Positions 50,505 to 61,480 of a stretch of DNA of 64,000 bases are shown piece by piece. Location: assembly GCF_964194155.1 (NCBI RefSeq), contig NC_135901.1, positions 1,550,001 to 1,614,000 of the forward strand. The letters are read 5' to 3'. The translations under genes and the position numbers were made by a program. The notes beneath the pieces were generated by a model. The model was not told the origin of the DNA and did no database searches. It saw only the letters and a list, made by a program, of their open reading frames with translations. Numbering within the stretch: position 1 is the first letter of the stretch; each line of letters opens with the position of its first letter. The stretch is from Cetorhinus maximus (taxonomy: Eukaryota).

Positions 50505-51497
50505 TGTCCACCTTCCTCTCCCTCTTCCGTTTTCCCTCTCCTTCTACTCCCGCTCTCCCACTCTCCCCGGTCTCTCTCTCCTTCCCTCCGACTCTCCTAT
50601 TCTCCCCACTCTCCCTCTCGTTCTCTCCCGCTCTCCCACTTCCCTTGGTCTTCCTCTCCTTCTCTCCCACTCCTCCTGGTCTCCCTCTCCTTCCCACCCG
50701 CTCTCCCATTCTCACCGGTCTCTCTTTCTCTCCTTCTCTCCCGCTCTCCCACTCCCCAGTCTCTCTCTCTCTCTTTCTCTCCCACTCTCCCACTCCCTGG
50801 TCTCCCTCCCTTTCCTTCCTGCTCTCCCACTCCCCCTGGTCTCCCTCCCTTTCTTTCCTGCTCTCCCACTCCCCCTGGTCTTCCTCTCCTCGCCTGCTCT
50901 CCCGCTCCTCCCAGTCTCTGTCTCCTTCCCTCCTAGTCTCCCTCTCCTTCCCTCCTACTGTCCCACTCCACCAGTCTCCCTCTCCTTCTCTCCCGCTCTC
51001 CCACTCTCCCTGTTCTCTCACTCCTTCCCTCCCACACCCCCGGTGTCTCCTTCTCTCCCGCTCTCCCATTTTCCCTGGTCTCTCTCTCCCACTCTCCCGT
51101 TCTCCCCAGTCTCTCCTTCCCTCCCACTCTCCCACACCCCGGTCTCTCCTTCTATCCCACTCTCCCACTCCCCATGGTCTCTCTCTCCTCTCCCGCTCTC
51201 CCATTCTCTCCAGTCTCTCTCTCCTGCTCTCCCGTTCTCTCCGGTCTCTCTCTACCACTCTCCCATTCTCTCGGGTCTCTCTCTCCTTCTCTCCCGCTCT
51301 CCCACTCCCCCCAGTCTCTCTCCCACCCTTCCATTCTCCCAGGTCTCTCTCTCCTTCTCTCCTGCTCTGCCATTCTCTCCAGTTTCTCTCTCCTTCTCTC
51401 CCACTCTCCCATTCTCCCCGGTCTCTCTCTCTCCTTCTCTCCTGCTCTCCCGTACTCTCCAGTCTCTCTCTCCTTCTCTTCCGCTCTCCCACTTCCC
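50505..51497. repeat. About 1 kb polypyrimidine low-complexity tandem repeat
   Basis: Recurrent units such as ccttctctcccgctctcccactctccccggtctctctct. Confidence 0.95.
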
Positions 51498-51502
51498 AGT
51501 TA

Positions 51503-52100
51503 GGGGACGCGATGGCATAGTGGTATTGTCGCTGGACTAGTAGTCCAGAGACCCAGGGTAATGCTCTGGGGGCCTGGGTTCGAATGGTGGTGGGTTCAGA
51601 TGGTGGAATTTGAATTCAGTAAAAATCTGGAATTAAAAGTCTTACGATAACCAAGAAACCATTGTTGATTGTTGTGAAAACCCATCTGGTTCACTAATGC
51701 CCCTTTAAGGAGGTCATCCTTACCTGGTCTGGCCTACATGTGACCCCAGACCCACAGCAATGTGGTTGACTCCTAAATGCCCTCTGAAATGGCCAAGCTG
51801 GCACTCAGTTGTATCAAAACCGCTACAAAGTCTCGAAAAAGGAACGAAACAGGATGGGCCATATGGCATTGACATAGGCACCGGAAACGACAACAGCAAT
51901 CTCAGCCCCGTCGACCCTAAGTCCTCCTTACCAACACCCGGAGGAGCCATTTAAATACTGTGGCTACAAGAGCAGGTCAAAGGCCAGGAATCCTGCGACG
52001 AGTAACTCACCTCCTGGCTCCCCAAAGCATGTCCACCATCTACAAGGCACAAGTCAGGAGTGTGATGGAATAATCCCCGCTTGTCTGGATGTGTGCAGCT
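51503..52100 (+). mobile_element. tRNA-headed element that continues into LINE coding sequence
   Basis: Head GCGATGGCATAGTGG...GGTTCGAAT, SINE body to about 51810; 51945-52100 matches the LINE at 62854-63010. Confidence 0.65.
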
Positions 52101-52628
52101 ATGGTTCCTGTTAAAGTTGCTCAACCAAGGACAGACATGTCTCCGATGTCTCTGTCGGAGTGGAAGACACTGAACTGCCTGTGCCTAATGAGGTACCTGA
52201 TGTTAATGCGGTCCCAGAGAATATGGTTCCTGCAAAAGAATCGGAAGTCGTGGAGCTTCGACATTCCACACAGATCAGGAAACCATCTTAAAGACTGAAT
52301 TTGTAATTTCATGACCTGTGTAAATATTGTGATGGCATGAGATAAATACAAAAGGTAGAGAAAAGTTTAAGGTTGGGGGCGGGGGTGGGGGGGTGGCTGC
52401 AGTAATTATAGTTCTGATAAATGTAGGACTGTAGCTTTAAGAATACTCCTGTGTTGTAAGATCACATGATCTGTATGGACCAATGAGTTAGCAGCACGGG
52501 GACTCACGAGGAGAGAATTCTTCTTTAGTTATAGAGTTAGATGCACACATGTAACTGCTGCTGCCGTCTTGTAAATAAAGTTCAACGTTTCCACCAAGCA
52601 AAGCTGCCTAGAAAATCAACTCTATCAC
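52101..52628 (+). mobile_element. Gypsy LTR retrotransposon 3' end (integrase tail, PPT, LTR)
   Basis: LRHSTQIRKPS.RLNL* near 52255-52305; purine tract aagtttaaggttggggg; then about 230 bp containing AATAAA and ending in ...atcaCA. Confidence 0.55.
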
Positions 52629-53214
52629 ACTTTCCTTCCCGAAAGTACATCAGTGAAACAAACAGGGTATTTATGACAATTGATGGTCACCATTACTGAG
52701 ACTAGCTTTCAATTCCAGATTTATTAATTGAATTTAAATTCCACCTTCCACTGTGGTGGGAATTGAACCCATGTCTCCCAGAGCATTAGCCTAGGCCTCT
52801 GGCTTAGTAGTCCAAACATTAATGCTATGCCACCATCTCACCTTTTAGTGACAATCAAATATTGATAGCCCTTAGTTCCGGTCTCACCCCACACAGATAG
52901 AAAGACTTTCTCTACTCTATCGAAAAACCCCTTTCATCGTCATAATCAGGTCACCCCTCAGCTTTCTCATTTCAAGAGAAAAGAGCCCCAGCCTGTTCAG
53001 TCTTTCCCGAGAGTTATAACCCCGCGGATTTTGGCGGGGTAGGAAATGCAGAATAGATGAAGAATAGCCTTCTTCAGTGCTGTGAAGTCCTGAGATGATC
53101 GGGAAAAGGGGTTTAATTTCACTCCACCTGGCGGAAACTGCACAGCAACAGACTTAAAATGGTAGTGGACAACTTGCTTCTCCAGCCCTTTTGGCACCGG
53201 GTGGCAGGGCTGTG

Positions 53215-53990
53215 ACAGGAAGAATAAAAAATAGGCATATTATCTAAATGGTGAGAGATTGCAGAGCTCTGAGATGCAGAGGGATCTGGGTGTCCTAGTG
53301 CATGAATAACAAAAGGCTAATAGCCTTTACATCAAGTAATTAGGAAGGCTAATAGAATGTTATCGTTTATTGCAAGGGGGGTTGATTGTAGGGAGGTTAT
53401 GCTTCAGTTCTGTGGGGCACTGGTGAGACCGTATCTGGAGTACTGTGTCCAGTATTGGTCACCTTATTTAAGGAAAGGTGTCAATGCGTTAGAAGCAGTT
53501 CAGAAGATGTTTACCAGGCTAATACAAAGAATGCGTGGATTGTCTTATGAGGAAAGGTTGGACAGGTTAGGCTCGTATCCACTGGAATTTAGAAGAGTAA
53601 GAGGTGACTTGATTGAAACATTTAAGATCCCGAGGGGTCTTGACAGGGTGGATGTGGAGAGGATGTTTCCTTTTGTGGGAGAATCTAGAACGAGGGGTCA
53701 CTGTTTAAAAATAAGGGGTCGCTCATTTAAGACAGAGATGAGGGGAACTATTTTCTCTCAGAGGGTCGTGAGTCTTTGGAACTCTCTTCCTCAAAAGGCG
53801 GTAGATGCAGAGTCTTTGAATATTTCTAAGGCAGAGCTCGATAGGTTCTTCGTTAACAAGGGGTTGAAAGGTTATCGGGGGTAGGCAGGAATGTGGGGTT
53901 GAGGTTACAATCAGGTCAGCCAAGATCTTATTGAATGGCAGAACAGGCTCAAGGGGCCGAGTGGCCTACTCGTGCTCCTTATTCATAATT
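53215..53990 (+). mobile_element. CR1 3' fragment
   Basis: ORF 53357..53884, LVRPYLEYCVQYWSPYLRK...WNSLP. Confidence 0.9.
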
Positions 53991-54371
53991 TGTGATGTGT
54001 CCATCTGAATTCATACACATCAGGTCTCCAGTGGGATACATGACACACGTGTGCCATTGTCAGTGGAGTGCCCTCTGGGCTGTACAATGGTAGTTAGACT
54101 CTTCCTCCCTCTCTTCACCGCCCCCCGCCCCCACCTCCCTCCTCAGGTCTTTACCCACCACCCTCCCTCCTTCCTCCATTACTTCCCCTGGGCTCCCTAG
54201 TTTTGGGAGGAGTGGGGCCAGCGAGACCCAACGGCCAGCGAGAGGCCCTTTCATAACTCCAGGTTCTCCAGATGTGCATTGACAAGGTTCGCCCCCTCCT
54301 CCCTGCAGCTCGATAGAGAATGGGACCCTCCCATGGGAGCAGCTGTCCCGCTTGTGATCCTGGTTGGAAAT

Positions 54372-55335
54372 GGTGGAAAACTGGGAAATACTGGTGTGCA
54401 GAGGGACCTGGGTGTCCTTGTACACGAATCACAGAAAGTCAGCATGTAGGTACAGCAAGGAACTCGAAAGGTAAATGGCATGTTCGCTTTTATTGCAAAC
54501 GGATTGGCATATAAAAGTAAAGAAATCTTAAAATAATTATATAGATCTTTGGTGTGCCTACGCCTGAATATTGTGCACAGTTCTGGATCCCTAACCCTAC
54601 CCCTAACCTCAAACCCAACCCTAACTCCATAACCCCATCCCTAACTCCCTATCCCTAATCCTAACTCCCAAACCCCATCCCTAACTCTCCAACCCCATCC
54701 CTAACTCCCAACTCCAGCCATAACCCCATCCCCAACTCCCTACCTCATCCCTAACTCCTCAAACCCCACCCCTAACTCACTACCCCTAACCCTAACCCCA
54801 TCCTTAACTCCCTACTCATAACCCTAACTCCATAACCCTATCCTTAACTCCCTAATCCCATCCATAACTCTAACTAAACTGATTCCTGGGATGAGAGGGA
54901 TGTCCTATGAGGGGAGATTGAGTAGAATGGCCCCATATTCTCTGGAGTTTAGAAGAATGAGAGGCGATCTAATTGAAATATACAAAATTCTTCGGGCGTT
55001 TAACAGGGTCGATTCTGGGAGGCTGTTAACCCCACCCCCTCCCCTGGCTGGGGAGTCTGGAACAATGGTGGGGGTCACAGTTTTAGGATAAGAGATCAGC
55101 CATTTTGGACTGAGATGAGGAGAAATTTCTTCACTCAGAGGGTTGTGAATCTTTGGAATTGTCTACCCCAGAGAGCAATGGATGTTCCATCATTGGGTAT
55201 ACTAAAGACTCAGATTGATAGATTTTTGGGCACTGAGGGTGGGAAAGTGGAGTTGAAGTAGAACATCAGCCATGATCTTAATGAATGGGTGTGGCAGGCT
55301 CGAGAGACCGAATGGCCTCCTCCTGCTCCTATTTG
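54372..55335 (+). mobile_element. CR1 3' fragment interrupted by a telomere-like tract
   Basis: VQRDLGVLVHES before the tract; LIPGMRGMSYEGRLSR after it. Confidence 0.8.
54588..54878. repeat. Degenerate interstitial telomere-like repeat (CCCTAA)n
   Basis: ccctaaccctacccctaacc..., with a higher-order unit aaccccatccctaactcc. Confidence 0.85.
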
Positions 55336-55553
55336 TCTGGTTGTTTGCTAGATCTTGGGAATACTGTGTACCTTTTTCCGATTTGATCAATGGATCCTCA
55401 TCCTCAACCTCCCTTGGATGCCATGGCTACAGGAGTCGGCCATTTGGCCTTTTGAACTTACTTCCCTGCTTCACTCACCACCTATTTTGGAGCTTTTTAA
55501 AGACCGTCCAGTTCATCAACAGCTCTAACCTGTTTCTTGTCCACCCCTTGCAG

Positions 55554-55690
55554 ATACACAGCGGTTGCCATGCCAATGCTATACAATACCCGCTGGAACC
55601 CCAAGCAGAGAGTCGTTGATGATAACCATGGTCTGGATGCTGTCCTTCGCCATCTCATGCCCGCTGCTCTTCGGGCTAAAAAAAACCCTG
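55554..55690 (+). pseudogene. drd2l: Receptor exon encoding ICL2 and TM4 (137 nt, internally frameshifted)
   Basis: (R)YTAVAMPMLYNTRWNPKQRV, then MITMVWMLSFAISCPLLFGL in a different frame. Confidence 0.85.
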
Positions 55691-56224
55691 GTAAGCTGTG
55701 CCCATCAAGAACCCTTCTTTCATCTTTTATTCCTCTATTGTCTCCTTTTATGGTAAGGGAGGGGCATGAGAATTCTCACAGCAATCCCAAGGATTGGGGA
55801 CTTCAGTAATATGGAGAGACCGGATCAGCTGGGATTGTTCTCCTTAGAGCAGAGAAGGTTCAGGGGGAGATTTAATTGAGGCATGCAAAATCATGAGAGG
55901 TTTTGACAGAGTAAATAAGGAGAAAGTGTGTCCAGTGGCAGGAGGGCCGGTAACCAGAGGACCACAGATTGAAGAGAATCGGGAAAAGAACCAGAGGTGG
56001 GGAGGAGGAGAATTTATACTCCACACGAGCCCACTCCCACCCCCTCTTTATCTCCCCCATCACCATTTCCTTCTACTCCTTTCTCCCTCATGTGTTTATC
56101 CAGCTTCCCCATTAAATACATCGATAATATTCACCTAAACCACTTCCTGTGGGAGTGAGTTCCACATTCTCCCCATTCTCTGGGTGAAGAAGTTTCTCCT
56201 GAATTCCCCATTGGATTTATTAGT

Positions 56225-56552
56225 TGTTGCACTATGCTGATAGTGCTGGTATCCCACCACTGCCAACCATGTTGTATTATGGTGCGCGGTGGTGTCTCAA
56301 CGATGTGACCTTGAGACTTGTAGATTTAAACATGAACTCTTTATCTATTTACAGATCTCAGGTTACTGTCATGCACGGCGCTGCTACCTCCATGCAGGCT
56401 GGTTCCAAAGTGTTCTCTCTGGACTGTTCTCTCAGTCTGTTACCATGTGACTTTATACATCATACCGTGGGTGGTGCTATTCTCCAGTCCCTCTCTAACC
56501 CTTACTCTGCTAACCACCTTTACATTACAGTGGCATGCAGGCACATACAACA
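56225..56552. mobile_element. Solo LTR inserted in a CR1 fragment
   Basis: Termini TGTTG...CAACA, flanked by ttagt/ctagt; splits the CR1 string ggatttattagtgactatc. Confidence 0.65.
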
Positions 56553-56859
56553 CTAGTGACTATCTTATATTGATGGCCGTCTAGTTATGGTCTCCTATCA
56601 GCCTTACCCTCCCCCACCCCAAAAGTGGAAACAACTTCTCTAGGTTCATCCTGTCAAAACTCTTTCATAGTTTTAAAGGCTTCTATCAGGTCACCCCTCA
56701 GCCTTCTCTTTTCTAGAGGAAAGAGCCCCAGCCTGTTCAGTCTTGCCTGGTAGTAATAAGCTCGTAATTCGAGTGCCATCTTTAGTTACATCTTCCCCAG
56801 TGACTCAATGACAGTTTTTGCAATTATGGAGACCAGGAATGTGCTCTGTCCTCTTCCAG

Positions 56860-57059
56860 ATAAAAGGGACGAGGCCATCTGTGCCATCATGAACACTTCT
56901 TTCATCTTATATTCTTCTATTGTCTCCTTCTACGTTCCCTTCATCGTGACGCTGTTAGTTTACGTCCAGATATATGCCATGCTGAGACGGAGAAGGAAGC
57001 ACGTGGCAGCTAAGAGGATCAGCGTTGCCATGGAGCATGAAACCCAACTGCCCATAAAG
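56860..57059 (+). pseudogene. drd2l: Receptor exon encoding ECL2, TM5 and the start of ICL3
   Basis: [44 protein letters not shown]...LPIK. Confidence 0.9.
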
Positions 57060-57391
57060 GTTGAAAGAGTAAATAACAAGCTCAAATATTAAAATGAAGG
57101 GATGTGCGTAGTGAACGTGATGTAAATGACTGAGCTTTAAACTCTAGACGCCGCAATTAAATCCTGCCCAAGTTCGCTTTGTGTAGAGGCTGCACGGGTT
57201 CAATTCGACATGGGTTAGAGTGGCTTCGATCCATTTTGTATCAGACACGCTGCCATGATGCAGAGTTGCTTTCAACCTGCCATTTAAGGGAGGATACAGG
57301 ATGACTGAGGAAGTGGTGTCACCACAAGTATAGGATGTTGGTCATTTGTAGGAGGCTGCAGATTGGCAGATTGGTATAGAGGGAAATGTAC

Positions 57392-57578
57392 ATCTAACCC
57401 CGTGCTGTACCTGTCCTGGGAGTGTTTGATGGGGACAGTGTAGAGGGAGCTTTACTCTGTATCTAACCCCATGTTGTACCTGTCCTGGGAGTGTTTGGTG
57501 GGGACAGTGTAGAGGGAGCTTTACTCTGTATCTAACCCCGTGCTGTACCTGTCCTGGGAGTGTTTGGAAGGGACAGTA
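57392..57578. repeat. About 69-bp tandem repeat, about 2.7 copies
   Basis: tctaaccccgtgctgtacctgtcctgggagtgtttgatggggacagtgtagagggagctttactctgta. Confidence 0.9.
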
Positions 57579-57659
57579 TCTTGGTTTATTATATAAAAAA
57601 ATGCTTTTCAGGGTTAAATTTCCTTGTGCAATCTTACTGTGCGTATCACATAATCATAT

Positions 57660-58070
57660 TCCACCTGAAACATTCACTCCCTCCACCACCGATGCACAGT
57701 GGCAGCAGAGTGTACCATCTACAAGACGCACTGCAGCAACTCACCAAGCCTCCTTAGATAGCACCTCCCAAACCCATGACCATGACCATCTAGAAGCACA
57801 AGGGTAGCAGATAGGTGGGAACACCACCACCTGGAAGTTCCTCACCAAGTCATTCCTATCCTGACTTGGAAATACATTGGCTGTTCCTTCACTGTCGCTG
57901 GGTCAAAATCCTGGAGCTCCCTCCCTAACAGCAATGTGGGTGTACCTACACCACGTGGACTGCAATAGTTCAAGAAGGCAGCTCACCCCCACTTTCTCAA
58001 GGGGCAATTAGGGATGGGCAACAAATGCTGGCCCAGCCGGCGAAGCCCACATCCCATGAACGAATAATTT
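57660..58070 (+). mobile_element. LINE (CR1/L2 group) 3' end that shares its tail with the SINEs
   Basis: IHSLHHRCTVAAECTIYKTHCSNSP; tail gggcaattagggatgggcaacaaatgctggcc. Confidence 0.75.
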
Positions 58071-58257
58071 TTTTAAAAATGTAATACTTAAGTCAGTAAT
58101 TTTGAAAGGATTTTTGCCCTATTTAATGGACAATCTCTCAATTCCAATTGTAAACAGTGGATTTTCTTTATGGCCAATATGAAGTATTTGTATCCATGTT
58201 CGTGCCTACACTGTTGCTAGGGTCGATAATTCCATTTTTTGTTTTATTTAGTTTCAG

Positions 58258-58344
58258 AATAAGTGCACACACCCGGAAGATGTCAAACTTTGCACTTTAA
58301 TGGTCCAATCAAACAGGAGCACCAGTGTGAGTAAAAAGAAATTG
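58258..58344 (+). pseudogene. drd2l: 87-nt receptor exon homologous to the D2-long alternative exon
   Basis: NKCTHPEDVKLCTLMVQSNRSTSVSKKKL (29 aa, phase 0/0), bounded by tttcag and gtgagg. Confidence 0.9.
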
Positions 58345-58469
58345 GTGAGGCCTCATCTGGAGACATCAGAATCCTCGGAGCTGATCGACAAATTCCCAGT
58401 TCAATTTGAGTGGCCGAAATTTCCACTTGTCACTAAGGTCACCAATCATTCCAAAGGTCATTGATCAAC

Positions 58470-58635
58470 TCTCTTCCCATTCGCTGCCATTGCACAGAAT
58501 CTCAATGGACCCAAACCTCTTCCCACTCACTCCCATTGTACACAATCCCAATGGAACAAGCCCCTTCTCCTTCACTCCTATTGCACAGAATGTCAATAGA
58601 TCAATCCATTCCCATCTCACAGAACCCTAATTCCT
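58470..58635. repeat. Degenerate tandem repeat of about 43 bp
   Basis: Recurrent cccattgcacagaatc.caatgg. Confidence 0.55.
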
Positions 58636-59236
58636 TTCGCTTCCATGGAGAGATTGGGATTGTTCTCCTGAGAGCAGAGACGGTTCAGTGAGAGATTTAA
58701 TCGAGGTGGGTGAAATCATGAGGGGTTCGGATAGAGTAAATAAGGAGAAACTGTTTCCTGTATCAGGAGGGTCAGTAACCAGAGGGACACAGATTGAAGA
58801 GAATCAGTAAAAGAAAGACGGGGATAGATGAGGAGTTTTTTTTTCCTTTTTACACAGTGAGTTGCTGTGATCTGGAAGGTGCTGCCTGAAAGGGCGGTGG
58901 AAGCAGATTCAGCAGGAACTTTCAAAAGGGGAATTGGGTAATTAGTTGAAGGGGAAAGATTTGCTGGGCTGTTGGGCAAAGAGCGGGCAGAAGTGTGGGA
59001 CTAATTAAAAAGCTCTTTCAAAGAGCCAGCAGAGGCTCGATGGGCTTAATGGCCTTCTCCTGTGCAGTATGATCTGTGAACAAGTTAACTGCCCACACCC
59101 CATGTACAAAATGGTGACTTGGAGACAAGGGACCTTTGTCATTCCCTTCCTTGTCTTCTCCTGTGATTTGAGTGTGCTCTGGTCTGTGCTGTTGGCTGTT
59201 GGTAACACCCATTTTCTCTTCTTTTTGGCATCCTAG

Positions 59237-59555
59237 ACACTGGTACGAGAAGCAATCCCTTACTCTGAAGAATCTGAGGGATCCCGCTTTGTGGGGCCTC
59301 CCGAGAGGTCAAGGCCAACAGGAACTCCGCAGGCTTTCCAACTCGGGGCCACTTCCGGATCCTGCCTGATGGCTGGTAAATGGAAGGCCCCTTCCTCCAT
59401 CGAGGTGTCCGCGGACCCCGAGTGCGATGGCCAAGCAAGGTTCTTCAAGCAGACCGCTTTTGAGGTGCGGAGGGTGCCAGTGGCCAAATCAGCAGGGAAA
59501 GAAAACTGTCCCACCAGAAGGAGAAGAAAGCAACAAATGTTGGCGGTTGTCTGAG
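59237..59555 (+). pseudogene. drd2l: Receptor exon encoding ICL3 and the start of TM6, frameshifted, with a TGA
   Basis: TLVREAI...AFEVR; RKLSHQKEKKA lies in a shifted frame; QMLAVV* at 59552-59554; donor gtgagt. Confidence 0.8.
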
Positions 59556-59564
59556 GTGAGTCGA

Positions 59565-60200
59565 GAACAAACTAGAACAATAGGTTATGTTTCACTGAGT
59601 CACAATGATCTAGAACAATAGCCCAAGATCCACAGTCTCAGTGGTCTAGAACAATTGGTTAGGTGCTGTTGTGCCACAATGATCGAGAATAGGCAAACGT
59701 CTACCGGTTCTTACAATGATCTAGAACAACAGACCGATTTCTATGTAATTACAACTATCTAGAACAATAGACGAGGTTCCATTGTGTCTCATTGATTTAG
59801 AAGAACAGGATAGATTCCATGGATCTTGGACTGTAGGCTAAATTACAAGCTCTATAACTGTGGACTAACTTCAATAGTCTTGAAATGATCTAGAAAATAG
59901 GCAAAGTTGCCTTGTGGCACAATGATCTAGAACCATAGGTTAAGTTGCATTGTAGCACAATGATTTAGATAATCAGTCCAAGTTCTATTGGTTTTGCTGT
60001 AATCTAGAACAATAGGCTGCATTCCACCAGACCACAACGTTCTAGAGCAATAGGCCAAGCTGCACGGAAATGTAATTATCTAGACTAATTGGCTGTGTAT
60101 GGTGTTATCATACTCCCAGTAGATTAGTCTGAGTCCTATAGTGTTACAATGATCCGGACCAATAGGCTAAGTTGTATGGAATTGTTATGTTCTCGGATTG
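59565..60200. repeat. Degenerate array with a period of about 38 bp, roughly 16 units
   Basis: Core (C)ACAATGATCTAGAACAATAGG separated by variable segments of about 16 nt. Confidence 0.85.
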
Positions 60201-60411
60201 TATTCTATACTGATGATGTGTGCCAGGAATGTAATGTGAATTTTATCAAAGAAGTAGTAACTGCAAGTAATTAATGGAGCCCTGTTGCCATATGGTTGAG
60301 GAGCTGAGTGGGGTAGGAACCCTTTCGCGAGTCACTGCGTTGCGATGACAAATGGCCCACACATGCATTGACGACTCTTTTCCTCTCTCTCGCTCTCTGT
60401 CGAATTAGCAG

Positions 60412-60599
60412 GCGTCTTCATCATCTTCTGGCTGCTATTTTTCATCACTCACATCCTGAACGTCCACTGCCAGAGGTGCTACATCCCACCGGCGCTCTAC
60501 AGCGCCTGCGCCTGGCTGGGTTACGTCATCAACCCCATCATCTACACGACCTTCAACATGGTGTTCCGCAAAGCCTTCATGAAGACCTTGCATTGCTGA
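60412..60599 (+). pseudogene. drd2l: Terminal receptor exon (TM6, TM7, C-tail)
   Basis: [62 protein letters not shown]. Confidence 0.9.
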
Positions 60600-61111
60600 C
60601 TCTGGAACAGGGACTGACCCTGGAACAGGGACTGAAGCAAAGTCGCTGGCAACTGAGAGCCAAGCGGACCAGACCATGAAACTTGCAACTGATGTCTCCA
60701 CACGAGAGACACAGGCTTTTAAGGATCCCAGACTATAAACACCTTGTCTCTGCTGTCTTCACCACACCATAACAGGAAGCCAGAATGATCCCTTCCTGCC
60801 AAAGATGGAGGAACATGAGTGTACCACACATTGGCACCTTCTGAACACGACAATAAAAGGATGAGTGCTCACACCACAATTTTATGTAGTTTACATACAG
60901 TCTCTCTACACCTAAACACCTTCCATCGCCACCTGCTCTGAGTTTAGTTGTTGCGTTCCTTACTGAAGTTCCCACTTCCTGGCACCCAAGCTAATATCCT
61001 CTGAATTTAATGCAACTCTTGATCATTGTGCCACCACGAAATGTAACGTATGGGTCATGTGGAGATGAGCAGAGAGGCATTAGGCCAAACCTAAAGGTGG
61101 CAGGTCCCTTA

Positions 61112-61480
61112 TTTTCCGTTCATTCATGGCTGGCATTTATTGCCCTTCCCTCATTTCCCCTTGAGAAGACGATGCAGATTTGCCTTCTTGAATACCACTG
61201 AGTGGCTTGCTGGGCCATTGCCGAGGGCAGCTAGGAGTCAACCACATTGCTGTGGTTCTGGAATCACATGCAGGCCAGACCGGGTAAGGATGGCAGATTT
61301 CCTTCCCTAAAGGGCATTAGTGAACCAGATGGGTTTTTACAACAAGAATCATGATCACTGTTACTCACTTTTAATTCCAAATTTATTTAATGAACCTAAT
61401 TTAAATTCCTTCCGGCCACGGTGGGATTTGAGCTCACGTCTCCTGATTATTAGTCCAGTAACATGACCACAAGGCTACTG
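61112..61480 (-). mobile_element. tRNA-derived SINE
   Basis: Same body as the other copies (caaccacattgctgtggttctgg...gaaccagatggg). Confidence 0.7.

Larger units (their letters stand above)
55554..60599 (+). pseudogene. drd2l: D2-type dopamine receptor pseudogene (probably drd2l; drd2 not excluded), last five coding exons
   Basis: AG/GT-bounded exons at 55554-55690, 56860-57059, 58258-58344, 59237-59555 and 60412-60599 match the DRD2 exon phases and motifs. Frameshifts, an in-frame TGA, and damaged TM6/TM7 motifs. Confidence 0.85.

Noticed and set aside
50373-51540. Several long ORFs (up to 379 aa) on both strands
   Set aside because: Artefacts of a stop-poor CT-rich repeat; the products are S/P/L or R/E/G low complexity.
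59565-60200. CRISPR-like repeat-spacer appearance
   Set aside because: Vertebrate intron, no cas genes, degenerate repeats, and spacers that are short and related to each other. Kept only as a tandem array.
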